DNA of 34,391 bases from positions 1 through 34,391 of IMG/VR virus record IMGVR_UViG_2645727673_000011, one strand, 5' to 3'. Positions 29,456 through 34,391 of the stretch are shown one piece after another. Numbering within the stretch: position 1 is the first letter of the stretch; the number at the start of each line of letters is the position of its first letter. This stretch comes from a virus. Lineage: Duplodnaviria; Heunggongvirae; Uroviricota; Caudoviricetes. The position numbers and the translations under genes are program-made. A model generated the notes under the pieces. That model saw nothing but the letters and a program-made list of their open reading frames with translations. It did no database searches and was not told the DNA's origin.

Positions 29456-30097
29456 TTAAAAATAGTTCCCCTCTCCAGTTAAGATTCCATGAGGAACTCT
29501 TTTTTCTGCAAGTCTCTGTGTGCCCCGAATTATGTTAATGAGAGGGTTTAGTAACGATGGTTCCTGGTGTGCCTCAACTTCTCCAGCCATTGCCCTGATG
29601 TAGTCGTCGCTGGCAACGTTGTTGTATTCCGTCGCAAAGCAACATAGTAACGTCAGAACATGCTCTGTCGTTATTTCGCTCCAGTTGATGTTGAAAAATT
29701 CATCGCCTTTTTTGTCATGTTCGGAATCGAAGATGCTTTGGTGGAGGATGTATTTGCCGGATTCCTTGCGCGGTAACTTGATCGCTTTCTGGCGTTCCAA
29801 TTCCTTGTAAATCTGCATTGCTTCAATCAGTACCGGTCTGCCGTTCATGAAGGGATCACGCAACCTTACACGCTGGCCAACTCGACCGGTAATAAAGCTG
29901 TTTTCCTCTTCCACCAGCACGATAAAACCCTTTTCCTCTTTTTCTCGCAATTCGCGCAGCAGTTGGAGTTCCATATCGCGGCGGCGTTCAGGGTAGCTGG
30001 TCCGCTCAGCCATTATCAGCTCATTGTTGATCCATGCGGCAGTCATTGACGCCGGTTTGCCGACGCTCATCGAAACAACGCATATTTTCTTATCCAT
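29456..30097 (-). CDS. mat: Mat-like protein (P1 maturation control); function uncertain
   Basis: 213 aa from the ATG at 30097 (MDKKICVVSM...) with AAGGGG upstream. The longer track ORF runs through an upstream terminator hairpin. Named by position between res and ref. Confidence 0.5.
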   Translation of the reverse strand: MDKKICVVSMSVGKPASMTAAWINNELIMAERTSYPERRRDMELQLLRELREKEEKGFIVLVEEENSFITGRVGQRVRLRDPFMNGRPVLIEAMQIYKELERQKAIKLPRKESGKYILHQSIFDSEHDKKGDEFFNINWSEITTEHVLTLLCCFATEYNNVASDDYIRAMAGEVEAHQEPSLLNPLINIIRGTQRLAEKRVPHGILTGEGNYF

Positions 30098-30105
30098 AGC
30101 GCCCC

Positions 30106-30136
30106 TTATAAAAAAGAAAAGCCACCAGCGGCGGCT
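30106..30136 (-). terminator. Minus-strand terminator-like hairpin downstream of ref and just upstream of the mat start
   Basis: Minus-strand RNA agccgcc-gcu-gguggcu (7-bp stem with one G-U pair) followed by uuuucuuuuuu. Confidence 0.45.
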
Positions 30137-30286
30137 TAGCAATACAACTGAAGGTAGCGCCCGGTACTCAGACTGTGCCGTCCATGGAATATTTGAAAAG
30201 GGATCCATCCGTACCGGGCATGTGATGATTCTGACTGAAGTCACTTGTCAGTTGTCAATTATTTCAGATTAAAAATAATATATTTA

Positions 30287-30847
30287 TTAGTGCATGATGT
30301 TTGCCATCTCATAGGCGTCAGCCAGCAACTCCATCTCTGACTTGTTCAGCAAGGTGAATTCTTTCTTGCCTCCAACCACACCATCGGCATGAACAGGGAC
30401 CAGCCAGGGGTATTTTTCTCTTACTTCAGCCGGTGCTGCATGCTGGTGGTGCCATCTACAAAGTGGCAATTGCTTTTTGTGACAACCAGGCGCGGTACGA
30501 CCGGAGATATGGTGCAGAGACACCTCTTCAGATATTACTCCATGCATATAGCAGGCAATGCAGGGGAGAGCGCCAAGAGCATTGGCTATGCGCCGCTCCT
30601 CCGCCGTCGGTGTTCGTCCCTTCAAGCCACGAGATTTTATTTTTACCGCGCTTTTCCGCGTTTTGCTGGCTGGTGGGCGCTCTTTCTGTTTAGCGATACG
30701 GCGGTCGATAGTATTCCGCATTTTCTGATATTGAGATTCTCGCCAGGCCGGATCAGCCAACTTCTCCCGTTGCCGAGCGATCGCTCGTTCTCTGGCTGCC
30801 TTCTGCCACTTACGGTGCTGTTCAATTTTTTGTTCGATTGTTTTCAT
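30287..30847 (-). CDS. ref: Ref recombination enhancement function (HNH-type endonuclease)
   Basis: 186 aa from the ATG at 30847 (MKTIEQKIEQHRKWQKAARERA ... EMANIMH), which I recognise as P1 Ref. Cys/His-rich HNH region CIACYMHG ... CRWHHQH. Confidence 0.85.
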   Translation of the reverse strand: MKTIEQKIEQHRKWQKAARERAIARQREKLADPAWRESQYQKMRNTIDRRIAKQKERPPASKTRKSAVKIKSRGLKGRTPTAEERRIANALGALPCIACYMHGVISEEVSLHHISGRTAPGCHKKQLPLCRWHHQHAAPAEVREKYPWLVPVHADGVVGGKKEFTLLNKSEMELLADAYEMANIMH

Positions 30848-30955
30848 ATGGCAAAAAAAAGGCGGCCTGATGGCCGCCAATGATGTCAAGGAGTTAAGTA
30901 ATGGCAACGTCTTCGTAGTTGACAAAAACTGCGGCTCAATTATAGCAACCAATTA

Positions 30956-30993
30956 GGGGTCGTCTCAGAAAACGGAAAATAAAGCACGCTAAG
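30956..30993. repeat. 38-bp terminal inverted repeat of a Tn21-subgroup Tn3-family transposon (tnpA-proximal end)
   Basis: GGGGTCGTCTCAGAAAACGGAAAATAAAGCACGCTAAG; the tnpA stop codon lies inside it, as is usual for Tn3-family elements. Confidence 0.8.
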
Positions 30994-33955
30994 CCGGTTG
31001 CAGAGGCCGTAGCGGCCTGAACTTCCCCGCGCCGATCTTGGCGCTGCTGCGCCATAGGTAATCACCGGTCAGGTTGATGTGCTCCCAGCCGAGTGGCGAC
31101 AGGTACTGCAATAGCGAGTCATCGACGGCATGACCATTGCCGCGCAACGCATGCGCCGCACGCTCCAGGTAGACCGTGTTCCACAGCACGATGGCCGCCG
31201 TCACCAGGTTGAGGCCGCTGGCCCGGTAGCGCTGCTGCTCGAAACTGCGGTCACGGATTTCACCAAGGCGGTTGAAGAACACGGCACGGGCCAGCGCATT
31301 GCGCGCCTCGCCCTTGTTCAGCCCGGCATGCACGCGGCGGCGTAGCTCGACGCTTTGCAGCCAGTCGAGGATGAACAGCGTGCGCTCGATGCGGCCCAAC
31401 TCGCGCAGCGCGACGGCCAAGCCGTTCTGGCGCGGGTAGCTGCCGAGTTTCCTGAGCATCAGCGAGGCCGTCACCGTGCCCTGCTTGATCGAGGTGGCCA
31501 GCCGCAGGATTTCGTCCCAATGGGCGCGGACGTGCTTGATGTTGAGCGTGCCGCCGATCATCGGCTTGAGCGCGTCATAGGCGGCATCGCCCTTCGGGAT
31601 GTAGAGCTTGGTGTCGCCCAGGTCGCGGATGCGCGGCGCGAAGCGGAAGCCCAAGAGGTGCATCAGGGCGAAGACGTGATCGGTGAAGCCCGCCGTGTCG
31701 GTGTAGTGCTCCTCGATCCGCAGGTCGGATTCGTGGTACAGCAGGCCGTCGAGCACGTAGGTTGAGTCGCGCAGGCCGACATTGACCACCTTGGTGTGGA
31801 ATGGCGCGTATTGGTCGGAGATGTGGGTGTAGAAAGTCCGTCCTGGGCTGCTGCCATATTTTGGGTTGATGTGCCCCGTGCTCTTTGCCTTGCTAGCGGT
31901 TCGGAAATTCTGTCCGTCCGATGATGATGTGGTGCCATCGCCCCAGTGCCCGGCAAAGGGATGCCGAAACTGAGCGTTGACCAGTTCAGCCAACGCTGTC
32001 GAGTACGTTTCGTCGCGGGTATGCCAGGCTTGCAGCCAAGCGAGCTTCGCGTAGGTCGTGCCGGGGCAGGACTCGGCCATCTTGGTCAGGCCCAGGTTGA
32101 TCGCGTCGGCCAGGATCGTGGTCAACAACAGGTTCTTGTCCTTGGCCAGATCGCCCGATTTCAAGTGCGTGAAGTGCCGGGTGAAGCCCGTCCACTCATC
32201 GACTTCGAGCAGCAGTTCGGTGATCTTGACGTGCGGCAGGACCATGGCTGTCTGGTCTATCAGCGCCTGCGCGGTGTCGGGCACCGCCGCATCCAGCGGC
32301 GTGATCTTCAAGCCCGACTCGGTGATGATGGCATCCGGCAGGTCGTTGGCTGCCGCCATGCGGTTGACGGTGGCAAGTTGTGCTTCCAGCAGCGTCAGCC
32401 GCTCATGCAGATATTGTTCGCAGTCGGTGGCCACGGCCAGCGGCAATTCGCTGGACTGCTTGAGGCTGGTGAACTTCTCGGGCGGTACCAGGTAGTCCTC
32501 GAAGTCCTTGAACTGGCGTGAACCCTGCACCCAGATGTCGCCCGAGCGCAGGGAGTTCTTCAACTCGGACAGCGCGCACAGTTCGTAGTAGCGCCGGTCG
32601 ATGCCGGCGTCGGTCATCACCAGTTTCTGCCAGCGCGGCTTGATGAAGCCGGTCGGTGCATCGGCTGGCAGCTTGCGGGCGTTGTCGGTGTTCATGCCGC
32701 GCAGCACCTCAATGGCATCAAGCACGTTTTTGGCGGCGGGCGCGGCCCGCAGCTTGAGCACGGCAAGGAATTCCGGTGCATAGCGGCGCAGGGTGGCGTA
32801 GCTCTCGCCGATGCGATGCAGGAAATCGAAGTCATCGGGTTGCGCGAGCTTCTGCGCCTCGGTGACGCTCTCGGCAAAGGAATCCCAGGACATGACGGCC
32901 TCGATGGCGGCAAACGCATCGCGGCCTGATTGCTTGGCGTCGATCAGCGCCTGACCGATGCGCCCGTACAGACGTACCTTGGCGTTGATGGCCTTGCCTG
33001 ACGCCTGGAACTGCTGCTGATGCTTATTCTTGGCAGCGTTAAACAGCTTACCCAGGATGCGGTCGTGCAGGTCGATGATTTCGTCGGTGACGGTGGCCAT
33101 GCCCTCGGTGGCCAGCGCCACGAGAGTGGCGTAGCGCCGTTGCGGCTCGAATTTGGCCAGGTCGGCGGGTGTCATCTGGCCGCCCTCGCGGGCAATCTTG
33201 AGCAGGCGGTTCTGGTGAACCAGCCGCTCGATGCCGGTAGGCAGATCGAGTGCCTGCCATGCCTTGAGGCGTTCGATGTGTTCCAGCATATGCCGCGAAT
33301 TTGGCTTGGCCGGAGACTGGCGCAACCAAGCCAACCAGGTCGTCTTGCCGTTGTCCCGGCGCTTGAGCAGATCGTCGAGGCGGCGGCGATGCGCGTCCGC
33401 CAGTGGTTCGGCCAAGGCGTCGTAGATGCGCCGGTTAGCACGGGTGATCGCCTCGGCACTCGCCCGCTCGACGGCGTTGAGGGCGGGCAGAATGACCGAC
33501 TGCCGCCGCAGGTGCCCGATCAAGGCGCTGGCCAGCACGATGCCTTTGTCGGTTTGCATCGCCAGCTCGGTCAGCATCTGGACGGCCTGCCGGTAATGGC
33601 TCATGGTGAAGGGCCGGAAACCGAACACGGTTTGCAGCTCGCTCAGGTGCTCGCGCCGGGTCTGCTCCCGCTGGCCGTACTCGTTCCAGCTTTCGACGCC
33701 GACCTTGAGCTGGTCGGCGACCAGCTTCAACAAGGGCGGGAACGGTAGTTCATCGACGCCCAGGATGACGCCGGGAAAGCGCAGGTAACAGAGCTGCACC
33801 GCGAAGCCCAGCCGATTGGCTGGCCCGCGCCGCTGTCGGATGATCGAGAGGTCGGTATCGTTGAATGTGTAATGTCGGATCAGGTCGTCCTTGGAGTCCG
33901 GCAACGCCAGCAGGCTTTCCCGCTCGGCGGCGGACAGGATGGAACGACGTGGCAT
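30989..33955 (-). CDS. tnpA: Tn3-family transposase TnpA
   Basis: 988-aa ORF ([31 protein letters not shown]...), typical of Tn21/Tn1721-type transposases. Coordinates taken from the ORF track. Confidence 0.9.
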   Translation of the reverse strand: MPRRSILSAAERESLLALPDSKDDLIRHYTFNDTDLSIIRQRRGPANRLGFAVQLCYLRFPGVILGVDELPFPPLLKLVADQLKVGVESWNEYGQREQTRREHLSELQTVFGFRPFTMSHYRQAVQMLTELAMQTDKGIVLASALIGHLRRQSVILPALNAVERASAEAITRANRRIYDALAEPLADAHRRRLDDLLKRRDNGKTTWLAWLRQSPAKPNSRHMLEHIERLKAWQALDLPTGIERLVHQNRLLKIAREGGQMTPADLAKFEPQRRYATLVALATEGMATVTDEIIDLHDRILGKLFNAAKNKHQQQFQASGKAINAKVRLYGRIGQALIDAKQSGRDAFAAIEAVMSWDSFAESVTEAQKLAQPDDFDFLHRIGESYATLRRYAPEFLAVLKLRAAPAAKNVLDAIEVLRGMNTDNARKLPADAPTGFIKPRWQKLVMTDAGIDRRYYELCALSELKNSLRSGDIWVQGSRQFKDFEDYLVPPEKFTSLKQSSELPLAVATDCEQYLHERLTLLEAQLATVNRMAAANDLPDAIITESGLKITPLDAAVPDTAQALIDQTAMVLPHVKITELLLEVDEWTGFTRHFTHLKSGDLAKDKNLLLTTILADAINLGLTKMAESCPGTTYAKLAWLQAWHTRDETYSTALAELVNAQFRHPFAGHWGDGTTSSSDGQNFRTASKAKSTGHINPKYGSSPGRTFYTHISDQYAPFHTKVVNVGLRDSTYVLDGLLYHESDLRIEEHYTDTAGFTDHVFALMHLLGFRFAPRIRDLGDTKLYIPKGDAAYDALKPMIGGTLNIKHVRAHWDEILRLATSIKQGTVTASLMLRKLGSYPRQNGLAVALRELGRIERTLFILDWLQSVELRRRVHAGLNKGEARNALARAVFFNRLGEIRDRSFEQQRYRASGLNLVTAAIVLWNTVYLERAAHALRGNGHAVDDSLLQYLSPLGWEHINLTGDYLWRSSAKIGAGKFRPLRPLQPA

Positions 33956-33957
33956 AT

Positions 33958-34391
33958 TTACTGATCCGTTCTCAAGTATTGATACAGGGTTTCGCGACTG
34001 ATTCCGAATTCACGAGCAAGCTTGGTCTTTTGCTCGCCAGCCTCGACACGTTGGCGCAGTTCGGCAATACGCTCAGACGACAGGGATTTCTTCCTGCCAC
34101 GGTAAGCCCCGCGTTGCTTGGCGAGCGCAATACCCTCGCGCTGACGCTCGCGGATCAGGGCGCGCTCGAACTCGGCGAACGCGCCCATCACCGAGAGCAT
34201 CAGGTTCGCCATCGGAGAGTCTTCGCCAGTAAAACTGAGGTGTTCCTTGACGAATTCGATATGCACGCCGCGTTGTGTCAGCGTTTGCACGATCCGGCGC
34301 AAATCATCGAGATTGCGCGCCAGGCGATCCATGCTATGCACCACCACGGTGTCGCCGGTGCGGGCGAAGCTTATCAGCGCTTCCAGTGGCA
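33958..34391 (-). CDS. tnpR: Serine recombinase/resolvase TnpR, 3' part; N-terminus lies beyond the window end
   Basis: C-terminal resolvase sequence with a helix-turn-helix ([38 protein letters not shown]). The reading frame stays open to the last base of the window. Confidence 0.85.
   Translation of the reverse strand, partial: PLEALISFARTGDTVVVHSMDRLARNLDDLRRIVQTLTQRGVHIEFVKEHLSFTGEDSPMANLMLSVMGAFAEFERALIRERQREGIALAKQRGAYRGRKKSLSSERIAELRQRVEAGEQKTKLAREFGISRETLYQYLRTDQ

Larger units (their letters stand above)
30956..34391 (-). mobile_element. Tn21-subgroup (Tn3-family) transposon, left end and transposition module only; continues beyond the window
   Basis: Terminal repeat followed by tnpA and tnpR on the minus strand. 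GC content rises sharply at 30956 relative to the P1-like backbone. Confidence 0.85.

Noticed and set aside
30389-30883. Plus-strand ORFs antisense to ref (30389-30883, 30433-30693)
   Set aside because: ref is recognisable on the minus strand; the overlapping frames are compositionally odd shadow ORFs.
31130-33788. Many 60-240-aa plus-strand ORFs inside and antisense to tnpA (for example 31355-31765, 31946-32521, 33020-33748)
   Set aside because: High GC content leaves long stop-free frames by chance. They are fully overlapped by the 988-aa transposase, whose identity is clear.

Overview
This window is a segment of a P1-family phage or phage-plasmid (about 47% GC by eye) that ends in a GC-rich Tn21-subgroup Tn3-family transposon. 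Gene names are assigned by recognition of P1 proteins and gene order from memory, not by database search. Left to right: a plus-strand tail/baseplate operon (sit, 5' truncated by the window edge; pmgC; bplA; gene 16; R; tail-fibre S); a compact 2.2 kb variable locus (an acidic ORF coupled to S, then two minus-strand ORFs of unknown function); ssb(-); SAR-endolysin lyz(+) with a small membrane ORF; head genes pro(-) and prt(-); the 2255-aa antirestriction gene darB(+); ulx and lxc; a type III restriction-modification pair mod-res(+); mat(-) and ref(-); then the transposon terminal inverted repeat, tnpA(-) and the 3' part of tnpR(-). The most interesting parts are the tail fibre (a cix-like invertase crossover site with no visible invertible segment or cin, a near-perfect 120-bp tandem duplication, and a C-terminal HEXXH extension followed by a coupled poly-Asp ORF) and the compact locus with an AT-rich, terminator-flanked gene where, as I recall P1, the U/C-segment/cin/lydAB/darA block normally sits. 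Several ORF-track starts are GTG/TTG; I moved them to the nearest ATG with a ribosome-binding site where one exists.
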